From contig JAJRZV010000117.1 in assembly GCA_024275095.1 (NCBI GenBank), positions 1-62,912 of the forward strand: a DNA stretch of 62,912 bases, in the 5' to 3' direction. Below, piece by piece: positions 1 through 9,195 of this stretch. Under the pieces are notes generated by a model that saw nothing but the letters and a program-made list of their open reading frames with translations, was not told the DNA's origin and made no database searches. This stretch comes from a bacterium (GTDB lineage Bacteria > JAJRZV01). The number at the start of each line of letters is the position of its first letter. The first letter of the stretch is position 1. Both the position numbers and the translations under genes were made by a program.

Positions 1-1
1 A

Positions 2-313
2 ACTTCAGAGATGGTGAACATGGTTGCCGACGTGACAGGGATACGTTTTCCGCATGTATTACAAAAGTACGTGGAATTTTATATTTTGACGGTGTTGCAT
101 CCCGCGTATTATGCTGTACATGAGAGTACCACGAAAAGGCTCTGTATTGAAATAAACGGCTGTCCATTCAAGGAAAAAGGGATGATGTTTGATGCTTACG
201 AGTGTAAGGAAATATGCGCTACGGTGTTTAAATACATAGCATTGATGAAACAAATAGATATTTCTTTCGAGCTTGAATATTCTACATTGTGTAAAATTGT
301 TTTTGCAGTGTAA
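2..313 (+). CDS. hypothetical protein, C-terminal part (gene probably starts upstream of the window)
   Basis: The frame is open from nt 2 and ends at TAA 311-313. The tail is Cys-containing (CIEINGCPFKE..YECKEIC). I recognise no family by eye. Confidence 0.35.
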   Translation, partial: TSEMVNMVADVTGIRFPHVLQKYVEFYILTVLHPAYYAVHESTTKRLCIEINGCPFKEKGMMFDAYECKEICATVFKYIALMKQIDISFELEYSTLCKIVFAV

Positions 314-520
314 TAAGTTAATTTTAATATAACCCCAGTTTAAAGGCTTTTCAAGTATTATAATCTATTCAAATGCTTCAATTTAATGCTTAAATAAGCT
401 GATATTTTATTCAATACAACTCAAATTATCCCTTGTTATTCAACGAGCTATGTGTGTATTTTTTAGAAGTGTAAATTCATTTAATTTGTTTCTTTAATTC
501 CTCGATAAGAACAGCTGTTA

Positions 521-529
521 TGATATAAT
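521..529 (+). promoter_or_regulatory. candidate extended -10 element (TGATATAAT) for the surface-protein operon
   Basis: TGATATAAT lies at 521-529 in a 295-nt AT-rich spacer, 80 nt upstream of the ATG at 609. A second TATAAT lies at 582-587. There is no convincing -35. Confidence 0.3.
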
Positions 530-608
530 GCCCCGTGTGATTATGCTCACAGAGTTTTTCACTGGAGGAACTTGTTCAGGGTATAATATAATATTTTAAG
601 GGGTTTAT

Positions 609-3380
609 ATGAGGAGAGGAAAAGAAAGTTTAATAATAATATCATCGTTGTATATATTTGTTTCCTGTTCCTGCTCGGGAAGCAATAAAATTTCCTGTCC
701 AGAAGTAAACGGTATTGTTACGGTGGAGCCCACATTTGTTTATGCTCCTCAATCTGTAACACTTACCGTAACTTTCACAAGTCCTGAAACACCCGTAGAA
801 AATGCATCACTGACCTTTGAAAAAGATATCGGCGCCCCGGCCGATTACCTGGAAAACGTTACCATTGCCAATGGGCTGTCCTATTCCTCCCAATTATCTT
901 ACACAGTGGTAAATGATTACCGCCCGCGCGTGGTGATAACCTGGAAGGAATGTGAGTACAAGCTCATCGGGGATCTGGTCAGCGTGCGTACACGCGTGGT
1001 ACCCAAGTGTAGAAGTACCTATGGTCCCACCTTTCTTTACCTGAATTCAGGAGGACAGTACAGCGTGGATGTTAATACCTTTGGAGCCGTAATCACCGCC
1101 TATGCCTGGAGGGTAGACCTGGGCAATGATGGCACTGTCGATAATGTGTACGTTACCGATTCATATACATTCAACGCCTATGCTGCCACGCACTTTAATC
1201 GTCTCGGCCTGAACGCCCTCGAGCCTGTTGTTTACACGGCAGACGGTGAAAGTGTCGCGTGCCCCAAGCGGGGCGTTACGGTGGCCATACCTGGTGAGTA
1301 TGTGCTGGCTACCAAACAGTCAACTGGTTCAGGTATTGCGGTACCCTTTAAAATATCAACTTATCTCAATACAGGGGATATCCTGTCGCTGACTTCTCCT
1401 GCACCTGCTACGTTTATGGCTTTTGCGTCTCAAAATGGCTTATCGGTAATAGACCTTTCACAACCTGCAAGTCCCGCAGTGAAAGGAATGATTTTTGAAA
1501 GTTACTGCACGGTGGATCCTCTGACCAATGAAACCACCTGCGAGCTCTCGGATAATATCGTTAAGGTGTATTTTGACCCTGCGACTTACAGTTGTATTTA
1601 TGCAGGTGTTCTGAACTCCTCTGGCACGGCCATGAGCCCGGTTCGTGTGTACAGGTTCAGCCCCGGAAGTGGAGTTTCCCGTGCTGCGAATTTGCTCCTC
1701 AACCAGAATATCACCGATTACGGCGTATATTACGACGCTTCAGTGACAGCCACTATACTCGTGGCCTGCGATTCATCACTGAATTTCATGTGGGGTAAAA
1801 TTCTCTGCACTGCAAATGGTGTTACCATCAAAACTTTTCCAGAGGCTTCGGTAAGTGATATGTGTCGTTTTGTTGCTCCCTCGAGGGGGAATTCTTATCG
1901 ATACATTTATACCCTTTACCAGGTCGACTCCAGCTATACGTACAATTTACGAAGGTGTAAATTCGAATACCCTAACGCTCCTAACTGTGACACCGGATGG
2001 GTAACATCGCCGACCATAAACGGTAAAGTGGTAAAGCTGGAGGCCGTATATACAAATGGCATCACTTTCATGGCTGTCCTCATGGCAGATCATACTGCCA
2101 GTGTATATGAAGACGAAGGTACCAGGCCCGTGCTCAGGGGAACCGTTGATTTCAGCACTGTATGTGGCAGCAATGATTCAAATCCTCCTGCAGATGTTCG
2201 TATCAAAGATGGGTACATGTTCATTTCAGCAGCAAAGCGGGGATTTCACGTGTATTCATTGCCCATATCCGGGGCACCCCAACGCCTGACCTCTGTGTGC
2301 AGGGATCCGACAAGTAGCGAGCTCTATTATTTTGGTGCTGGTATTACCGATGGTGCATATCTTTACCTCGCCCACAGAAACGTTTTAAGAACCTATTTGT
2401 TTCAGGATTTTTTGAATCTGGGAGAGGCCGCGAGCGTGGTTTCAGTTCAGGGATTATCGGGTACAAATGGTACGTTTGTATACAGTGGAAATTCCATGTT
2501 TATGGCTGGTGGAGCTATTGGACTGCTGGAATTTGATATGAGCAGTATCATTAACGGCGGAAATGTAATTTATTTGCGTTCGATACTTGACCCCCGGGAG
2601 GATTTCACATCGGTGGTGAACTATACGGAAGTAAGTACAGGGCCGGATAACACCCTGCTGGTTGCCGCCAGTGATGGATTGTATCGGGTGTACCCGGACT
2701 CCAGTACCAGCGAAAAGCTCATAGGAGGCTATTCCTTCAACCACGTTACATGGGATGGAGTCTACATCTATACATCTGATACCGATGGTAATGTTTATGT
2801 ATGGGAACCGGGCAAATATTTTTTCCCTGTGTATACTGATGGTCCCTTTTATTATATTTATGCGCTTGCGGCGACTGCCGGCGTCGGGTATGCTGCTGGA
2901 GGAAGTTCGGGGCTTGTCGTTGTAAAGGCTGCCACAGGAGAGACCCTCAGGATAACCTATCCGGGCACTGTCAGGGGTGTTGATATTGGCGGAAGCCTGT
3001 TGTTTCTGAACACTATTGACTCGGACGTGCTGTATGTATACGACATTACCGATCCTCAGAACCCGGTGTACGTGAGCAAGGGTGTATATCCCCTGGCTGA
3101 CGGTACCAATTCATATACTGCACGGGGGGTCTCATCAAGCGATGGGAAAGTAGTAGTCATCGGAATTGGTGAGGATTCCACGCTGGGAATCTCTGCAGGG
3201 TTTTCCCTGTTCCGGACCATTACTCCGACCTTACCTGAATACGGAGGCACGGGTTCAGAGGTGGGTTCGGGTGGCTCACGTTTTGTGAACATTTGGAAAA
3301 TTTCCAATGAAGGGTATAATTACCTTGTTACAATCGTCAATAATTGGGTTTACTTTTTCCGGCTGGGGAAAGTGGATTAG
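609..3380 (+). CDS. large surface lipoprotein with Ig/PKD-like modules and LVIVD-type beta-propeller repeats
   Basis: 923 aa with RBS AAGGGG. Lipoprotein signal with lipobox FVSC (Cys20). Repeated motifs resemble LVIVD repeats (GLSVIDLSQPASPAV, GFHVYSLPISGAPQ, GLVVVKAATGE, VLYVYDITDPQNPVYV). A PKD-like segment (YAWRVDLGNDGTVDNVY) is present. Confidence 0.7.
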   Translation: MRRGKESLIIISSLYIFVSCSCSGSNKISCPEVNGIVTVEPTFVYAPQSVTLTVTFTSPETPVENASLTFEKDIGAPADYLENVTIANGLSYSSQLSYTVVNDYRPRVVITWKECEYKLIGDLVSVRTRVVPKCRSTYGPTFLYLNSGGQYSVDVNTFGAVITAYAWRVDLGNDGTVDNVYVTDSYTFNAYAATHFNRLGLNALEPVVYTADGESVACPKRGVTVAIPGEYVLATKQSTGSGIAVPFKISTYLNTGDILSLTSPAPATFMAFASQNGLSVIDLSQPASPAVKGMIFESYCTVDPLTNETTCELSDNIVKVYFDPATYSCIYAGVLNSSGTAMSPVRVYRFSPGSGVSRAANLLLNQNITDYGVYYDASVTATILVACDSSLNFMWGKILCTANGVTIKTFPEASVSDMCRFVAPSRGNSYRYIYTLYQVDSSYTYNLRRCKFEYPNAPNCDTGWVTSPTINGKVVKLEAVYTNGITFMAVLMADHTASVYEDEGTRPVLRGTVDFSTVCGSNDSNPPADVRIKDGYMFISAAKRGFHVYSLPISGAPQRLTSVCRDPTSSELYYFGAGITDGAYLYLAHRNVLRTYLFQDFLNLGEAASVVSVQGLSGTNGTFVYSGNSMFMAGGAIGLLEFDMSSIINGGNVIYLRSILDPREDFTSVVNYTEVSTGPDNTLLVAASDGLYRVYPDSSTSEKLIGGYSFNHVTWDGVYIYTSDTDGNVYVWEPGKYFFPVYTDGPFYYIYALAATAGVGYAAGGSSGLVVVKAATGETLRITYPGTVRGVDIGGSLLFLNTIDSDVLYVYDITDPQNPVYVSKGVYPLADGTNSYTARGVSSSDGKVVVIGIGEDSTLGISAGFSLFRTITPTLPEYGGTGSEVGSGGSRFVNIWKISNEGYNYLVTIVNNWVYFFRLGKVD

Positions 3381-3395
3381 AGAAGAGAAAGCGAG

Positions 3396-6203
3396 ATGAG
3401 AAAAATTTTTATCACATTTTTGAGTTTTGCGGTGGTAATTGCAACTGCAACCGTTGCCCATGCCGTTACGATTACCGTACTGGATGCAGTAGAAGTAAGC
3501 GTTAAGGATTCTCTTCTAAACGAATTGATTACAGGCTACATTGCAGGAGGAGCCAACCCTCCCCAGGAATATGGAGGAGACTCGCTGATTACTCCTGCTG
3601 CTGGTTGCCAGATTTACATCGCCGTTGAAATTAACAACGAGAATTTTCCGCAGGGCCAGAACACGCTGACCATCCAGACTGTTACAGGTGCCTTTCAAGT
3701 TCAGTACAACTGGCTCTTTATCTCAACAGGGCTCGTATACCATCTTATCGGCAGTGGTGATTGCGCGGATGGAGTGACATCAACAGCAAATTTTTCATTT
3801 AACGGTGTCCCGGAGGGAGATGCACTTTCCTACACTTTGAGTGTTGACAGTAGCGTGGATAATGGAAAAATTAAGGTATCTCCGGCATTTCTCAATTCGG
3901 ACATGGGCCTTCAAGACGGGAGCCTGTATAAGCTCGTGGATGGGACACCACAACCTATCTATCTTGGCTCCACATTCGAACCATATCGCACTGCTATTGA
4001 GACAGAAATAAAGAATCTCCTTTCGTCTCTGCTCACGCAGTTCATAGGATATTCCATAATGGGAGATATTGAAGATGGGTTTAATGATATAGTTGATTTT
4101 CAGAAGGAGTTTTCCTCACTTCAATTCGATGTGTCTTTCAAATTGAAAAACGTTAAAGTTCTCACGGGCTTGATACAGCTGACAGGGGATGCTTCACTCT
4201 CAAATTCCGTGGCGCTTGCACGTGCATGTAGCAGAAGGTCGAGTGCTCAGGGTGGAGGTGTTGTGCCTCACGTGCCTGACCCTCCGGAGGAGTTTACCAT
4301 CAGCTTCAACGAAAGGTTCGTGGGTGAGATGCTGGCCCTCAATTCCCTGAACGGTTACATGTGTAAATCCTACACCATTGATGCACGCGAATTCCTTGGT
4401 ATATTCCCGGAACTGATAGGAAGCTACGCGGGATATGAGGCAAAAACGGACAGCGTAATACTCACACCAGCTCCACCCCTCTATATTTCGGTTATTCCAG
4501 CAGGGGGTTCGGGAAGGCCTCTTGCGTACGTGAATATGACATCTGTGCCCGTGACATCTCGATACCTTTCTTCTGGTGGAGGGGGCATTGTTTTCAGAGC
4601 TGATATGGACCTTCAGGTTCCTTTATATCTGCAAAGGGATACAAAAAATGGTATTTTATATGTCCTGGATGTTTACAATATTGATATTACGCGCCTTGAC
4701 ATCATCGATAATCCTTTGAGCATCAGCGAAACGGCAATAAATGACTTTCTCCTGCACTATGCTCTTCCTGTGATTTTTTCCAGATTCGTCATGGGTAAAA
4801 TGGCCAACGAACTTCTTAATCCAAAACTTACCGGGTTGAGATTTTCGCCTTACCCGACCCTGGGAGTTACCATCCAGGGTATCTATTTTTCTGCTCCTCT
4901 TATCACTTTGAGTAATGATGCTGATCCCCCTACGGTTAATTTTGTTACTTCTTTGCCGTGGGAAAACAATGTCAACAGTTTTGTGCTGGAGTTTTCAGGG
5001 GCTGATAATGTAACGCCGGAAAACTATTTGAGATACAAGTATCGCTTCATTGATGCATCGGGCATTCAGTTCCCCTGGTCGCGCGAGATGTGGAAAGCAC
5101 GCGATGGAAACAGTATTACTGCTGTGGTAGCACCGTTTCTACCGGAAGGTGTTGTTACTGTCGAGGTGTTTGCCATTGATGGTATGGATAATGCTTCCGA
5201 TGTTGCATCTCTTCGATTTAATGTTGATACGGTACCTCCCTTTGCGTTTGTCACAGAAGGCCCCCTGGCCTTTTACAGTCCCGGTACATTTCATTTTGAA
5301 TACACGGGAAGGGATTACTTTCGCAGTGAAGACGATTTGAACTTTTCTTACAAAATGGACGATGACTCCTGGTCTGCTTTTTCAGGATCTACATCGGTGG
5401 ATATTTATCTTTCTGATCCAGGAACCCATGTGTTCAGCGTACGTGCACGGGATCCTGCGGGTAATATAGGAGAACCCGCCACCTGGGTCTTCAGTATTGA
5501 TGACATACCCCCTGATACAGAACTTATATTTACTCCTCCCAAATATACAATGGGTATATATGAATGCTTCACTTACCGGGCCACTGACAACGTGCAAAAG
5601 ACGGGATTCGACTATTTTTACCGTCTTGATTCCGGAAAATATACCGGTCCCACCAAGATGACATCAGTGTGTTATACGAGACTGAATGAGGGAAGTCACG
5701 TGTTTGAAGTTTACGCGAGGGACCGCGCAGGCAACGAAGATGCTGACCCTGCCACTTATGGATTTACGGTGGACAGACAGCCTCCTTATGTAACGGTACT
5801 TACCGCTCCAGGTGAAATGGTTATAGACGTGAGAGAGATAGTATTTCAGTTTCGAGTTACTGATAATGTAACAACCCCCTCGGAAATTCAGCGCTACTTC
5901 TTTATTGACGATGGATATCCCATTACCGTAACTGACTATGTAAGGTTGGATCTGGTACGGATGGGTATTTTTTATGAACCTGCCTTTTATCGCTTTACTT
6001 TTAAAGCTATTGACAGGGCCGGCAATCAAACGGTTGTCTCGTGGAATATATACGTGAGTTTACTGGGTATTCTCACCCGGGGTGGTGGTTGCGGTTGTAC
6101 GGCGGTACCGGTACCAGAAAAAGATGCTGTTGCGGGCTGGCTGGTAATAGTATTTTTTACCGCGGGAATGCTATGGATAATGCGTCGGTTAGAGTCTTCC
6201 TGA
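3396..6203 (+). CDS. large exported protein with four tandem Y_Y_Y/Ig-like repeats and a C-terminal Gly/Cys-TM-RR anchor
   Basis: 935 aa with a signal peptide (..ATATVAHA). Repeats of about 95 aa each end in F.VD..PP (aa 509-887). The tail is GGGCGCTAVPVPEKDAVAGWLVIVFFTAGMLWIMRRLESS. Confidence 0.7.
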   Translation: MRKIFITFLSFAVVIATATVAHAVTITVLDAVEVSVKDSLLNELITGYIAGGANPPQEYGGDSLITPAAGCQIYIAVEINNENFPQGQNTLTIQTVTGAFQVQYNWLFISTGLVYHLIGSGDCADGVTSTANFSFNGVPEGDALSYTLSVDSSVDNGKIKVSPAFLNSDMGLQDGSLYKLVDGTPQPIYLGSTFEPYRTAIETEIKNLLSSLLTQFIGYSIMGDIEDGFNDIVDFQKEFSSLQFDVSFKLKNVKVLTGLIQLTGDASLSNSVALARACSRRSSAQGGGVVPHVPDPPEEFTISFNERFVGEMLALNSLNGYMCKSYTIDAREFLGIFPELIGSYAGYEAKTDSVILTPAPPLYISVIPAGGSGRPLAYVNMTSVPVTSRYLSSGGGGIVFRADMDLQVPLYLQRDTKNGILYVLDVYNIDITRLDIIDNPLSISETAINDFLLHYALPVIFSRFVMGKMANELLNPKLTGLRFSPYPTLGVTIQGIYFSAPLITLSNDADPPTVNFVTSLPWENNVNSFVLEFSGADNVTPENYLRYKYRFIDASGIQFPWSREMWKARDGNSITAVVAPFLPEGVVTVEVFAIDGMDNASDVASLRFNVDTVPPFAFVTEGPLAFYSPGTFHFEYTGRDYFRSEDDLNFSYKMDDDSWSAFSGSTSVDIYLSDPGTHVFSVRARDPAGNIGEPATWVFSIDDIPPDTELIFTPPKYTMGIYECFTYRATDNVQKTGFDYFYRLDSGKYTGPTKMTSVCYTRLNEGSHVFEVYARDRAGNEDADPATYGFTVDRQPPYVTVLTAPGEMVIDVREIVFQFRVTDNVTTPSEIQRYFFIDDGYPITVTDYVRLDLVRMGIFYEPAFYRFTFKAIDRAGNQTVVSWNIYVSLLGILTRGGGCGCTAVPVPEKDAVAGWLVIVFFTAGMLWIMRRLESS

Positions 6204-7744
6204 CCCTGTTTTTGCTGGCTTGTTCCTGCGATTCGGGCACGCAAAAAAAATTAAACGATTTTGATATTTCCGTGGAACCTCCATGCCTGCAGGCATACGA
6301 AAAAGCCTCGCTGAGCATTGCTTCCTTTGCGCAGAAGGTATCAGGTATTACGCGGATTGAGTGGTCAGTAAAAGGTGACCCCGAGATGTTTTATACCACC
6401 GGTGATGAATTGTCTGCGGTTCTTGTAGCAGGTGGCGAAGAGGGAACCGTTTACAAGGTCACTGTAATAGTAGATGGCAATGGAAAAACTTACGCTTCAT
6501 CTGCAACGATTCCTGTTTTAGAATCACGTCCTGCAGCTCTTTACCTTTCCCATCATAATGCCCCGGGGATATTTACAGGACGTGCCACTTCTCCCTTCAC
6601 CGATTTCGAAGAGGCGCTGAACGTCGCCTTGGAGGAAAATTACAGGTATCTGTTCATCGAGTCAGGTGATTTTGAAGCGGGAGCGAGGGTATTTAGCATT
6701 TCTCCTGAACGTTCCGTTTACGTGGAAGGTGGGTTCAACCGGTGCTGGGTCAAAAGTGATGCTCCGACGGGTGTGCATGTAAATTCGCCATCGGGTATAA
6801 CATTTACTGGGGGAGGGAAGATTACCTTTGTTAACGTTTCGTTTTTAAGCAAGGCCTCGGACGTGTCTCAAAACGCCACACTCATTCAGGTGGAAGGTAC
6901 GGATGTCGAAATACAGAAAAGTGTAATAAAGGGGCCTGTGCGGGCGAAAAACAGCCGGGCATTAAAAGTGGTATCAATGGGGTCTTTGGAATTGTACGCA
7001 GTACGGGTCACAGGCGGAGAGATTGTGGATGAGTCGGCTTATGCCCTTGATGTTCGGTCCGGTGCGAGCATTTCGATACGTTCAAGCATTTTAAAAGCCT
7101 GTGAAGAAAAATGTTACGTGGGATACGGTCTCGCCGTGACAGACCCCGGCGGCGGCGAAGTCGTTAATTCTTTCGTTTCTGCAGGTGCTGCTTTTTCAGT
7201 GGGATTCGGAGTTTATCTGGCTGGTAATTTTTACGGTAGTCCCCTGGACTTTAAGTTCTCTACAATCATGGGGTCTGAAACGGGTGCCGTGACATCCGTT
7301 GGAATAGGTAATTACCTTCAGGATGCGGTGACGCTGCAAACGAGTATCCTTCATTCGGGTTACGGCAGTGATCTCAGTTCCACTCTTGCGTGCCTGTGGA
7401 ACCTTGAGTCCGCGGCCCGGGTTTCCGATTTCAACTGTGTGGATTTCTGGACCGGTCGCGGGGGGCAGCAATGCGATACGGTGGTGGATGATAAGAGCAG
7501 GTATATGGTGCTTACTGGTTCACTCGCGGGTACTCCCGAGCCCCTTTATTGCCTGGACAGTGTGGTTCCCGGCGCTTTTTCGGTCAATCCGGGCTTTAAA
7601 ACAGATCTTGTCCACATCGCTTCCGGCAGCGAATTGATTGATTACTGCCCCGGTGTAGATAATATCACCACCGACATAGACGGGGAGCATAGGCCGTGTG
7701 GTGGAGGATGGGAACCAGGGCCTGATGAGGTATGCTCTCAGTAG
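6173..7744 (+). CDS. lipoprotein with right-handed parallel beta-helix (PbH1-like) repeats
   Basis: I chose the ATG at 6173 (MDNASVRVFLTLFLLAC, lipobox Cys17) over the track start at 6041, which lies inside the previous CDS. Beta-helix rungs repeat. The C-terminal motif is TDIDGEHRPCGGGWEPGPDE. Confidence 0.65.
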   Translation: MDNASVRVFLTLFLLACSCDSGTQKKLNDFDISVEPPCLQAYEKASLSIASFAQKVSGITRIEWSVKGDPEMFYTTGDELSAVLVAGGEEGTVYKVTVIVDGNGKTYASSATIPVLESRPAALYLSHHNAPGIFTGRATSPFTDFEEALNVALEENYRYLFIESGDFEAGARVFSISPERSVYVEGGFNRCWVKSDAPTGVHVNSPSGITFTGGGKITFVNVSFLSKASDVSQNATLIQVEGTDVEIQKSVIKGPVRAKNSRALKVVSMGSLELYAVRVTGGEIVDESAYALDVRSGASISIRSSILKACEEKCYVGYGLAVTDPGGGEVVNSFVSAGAAFSVGFGVYLAGNFYGSPLDFKFSTIMGSETGAVTSVGIGNYLQDAVTLQTSILHSGYGSDLSSTLACLWNLESAARVSDFNCVDFWTGRGGQQCDTVVDDKSRYMVLTGSLAGTPEPLYCLDSVVPGAFSVNPGFKTDLVHIASGSELIDYCPGVDNITTDIDGEHRPCGGGWEPGPDEVCSQ

Positions 7745-7793
7745 CACCGTGATTTATGTAGAGCACCGGAACAAATTTTAAAAGAAAAATAAA

Positions 7794-8612
7794 ATGGCAG
7801 AGGCATTTGTGAAAAGAAAGCTCGATGAATTAAAAAAAATTATCCGTGAATGTGAAAGCGCCCTGGTTGCTTTTTCCGGTGGCGTAGACTCCACCTTTCT
7901 TTTGAGCATAACTTTTCAGGTTCTCGGTGAAAGAAGTGCAGCATTTACCGGGGTTTCAGAAACCTACACTGGTGAAGAACTGGAGCTGGCACGGAAATTT
8001 TGTAAATCCCGAAATATTCGTCACTTCCTCGTAAACACCTGCGAACTTGAAATGAGGGAATTTGCCTCCAACCCTCCTGACAGGTGTTTTTACTGTAAAA
8101 GCGAGCTGTTCACGCATGCACGTGATATTGCCGAAAGCCACGGGTACAAGTGGATATTCGACGGTACAAATGCCGATGATGTGTCGGATTACAGGCCCGG
8201 CAGGGAAGCGGCCAGGCGTCTGGGTGTCAGAAGTCCGTTGCTTGAGGCTGGATTGACCAAAGCGGAAATCAGGATGTTAAGCAGAGAGCTGGCGATAGAC
8301 GGGTGGGACCGTCCGGCCAACGCGTGTCTTGCCTCGAGGTTTGCATACGGAGTGGAAATTACCAGGGAGAGACTTGCGATGATAGCACAGGCGGAATCTT
8401 TTTTGAGGTCTCTCGGTTTTCGAACCGTGCGGGTAAGGTATCATCACGGAGGCCTTGCACGAATTGAGATTGGAAGGGAAGAAATTGACGGTTTTATGTC
8501 AAAAGAAATGCGTGGTCGGATTGCCAACTTCTTCAGGGAACTGGGATTTAAATACATAGCACTTGACCTTGAAGGATACATGTCCGGCAGTATGAACCGT
8601 ATGATAGAGTGA
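7794..8612 (+). CDS. larE: LarE-family PP-loop ATP-dependent sulfur transferase
   Basis: 272 aa. PP-loop SGGVDS. The catalytic-region motif ANACLASRF (Cys178) is present, along with CFYC (Cys98/Cys101). The C-terminal VRYHHGGLARIE is typical of the LarE/TIGR00268 family. Confidence 0.75.
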   Translation: MAEAFVKRKLDELKKIIRECESALVAFSGGVDSTFLLSITFQVLGERSAAFTGVSETYTGEELELARKFCKSRNIRHFLVNTCELEMREFASNPPDRCFYCKSELFTHARDIAESHGYKWIFDGTNADDVSDYRPGREAARRLGVRSPLLEAGLTKAEIRMLSRELAIDGWDRPANACLASRFAYGVEITRERLAMIAQAESFLRSLGFRTVRVRYHHGGLARIEIGREEIDGFMSKEMRGRIANFFRELGFKYIALDLEGYMSGSMNRMIE

Positions 8613-8618
8613 GAGACA

Positions 8619-8715
8619 TCGGGGTCTGGTCTCAACATTTGACATTCGGGGTTTGATGCCATGGTTTTATGGGCGGGTGCAACCCGTGGATAGAGATTGC
8701 TTCGTTGCTCTCACG
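8619..8715 (+). repeat. dispersed repeat, copy A (long variant)
   Basis: TCGGGGTCTGGTCTCAACATTTGACATTCGGGGTTT plus a 60-nt extension related to copies C and D. It starts 6 nt after the larE-like stop codon. Confidence 0.9.
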
Positions 8716-8818
8716 CCTCCAGGCGTGCTCGCTTTCTGCGTGGCTGCGCCAATGGAGGTTCGCACGCCGCGGGAATTGATGAAGCCAGTGTGTAATGACA
8801 TATCAGTTTTCAATTTTT

Positions 8819-9165
8819 TGGAGGCGGGGGGAGTCGAACCCCCGTCCAGAATTGCCTTCGGTTGGGGCGTCTACATGCTTAGTCCCGGATTAAAGTCTCG
8901 CGTTCGTCAGGCTCCGGGACGGGCCCTCGGAACGCCAGCCTCTTATAGTAGCGACCGGGAGGCGTAGAGGCGACGCCCGCCGGTGCCCCTGCCTGCTGGC
9001 GCCCTCTTACACCCGGCAGGGGAGGTGTAAGGGACGTGGCTGCTCAATTATGCAGCCAGTGCAACAGGTTCGGCAATTATGACGATGCGGCCTGTTTTAC
9101 GAGGTTGACCGCACCTCGGCATGCAACCCCAACACCAGCAACCCTGTCGAGCCCACATCGCCCCC
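8819..9165 (-). ncRNA. ssrA: tmRNA (SsrA)
   Basis: The 5' end GGGGGCG.. pairs with the 3' end ..CGCCTCCA and includes a G3:U wobble. Conserved blocks are GCATGCCGAGG..CCTCGTAAAA, ACTAAGCATGTAG and GGACGGGGGTTCGACTCCCCCCGCCTCCA. The tag ORF GCC..TAA (9074-9048) encodes AEPVALAA. CCA is not encoded. Confidence 0.95.
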
Positions 9166-9195
9166 CACATGCGCGAACCTGCTTTACAATTTAAT

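Noticed and set aside
6041-6172. Longer 5' extensions offered by the ORF track (6041, 12922-13488, 42846, 45594, 47914, 48558, 49615, 55780, 60115, 35721 and others)
   Set aside because: The extensions lie inside the preceding gene or inside a promoter. Internal ATG or GTG codons with good RBS motifs give N-termini that match the families (signal peptides, conserved first motifs).
8636-8672. The TTGACA hexamer inside the dispersed repeat acting as a mobile -35 promoter box
   Set aside because: No consistent -10 hexamer follows at 16-19 nt in the different copies, because the sequence downstream of the core diverges. Most copies point away from the next gene.
8653-8967. 104-aa plus-strand ORF from the track
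   Set aside because: It lies antisense to and inside the tmRNA gene and repeat copy A. It has no RBS or recognisable protein features, and the region is fully explained by ssrA.
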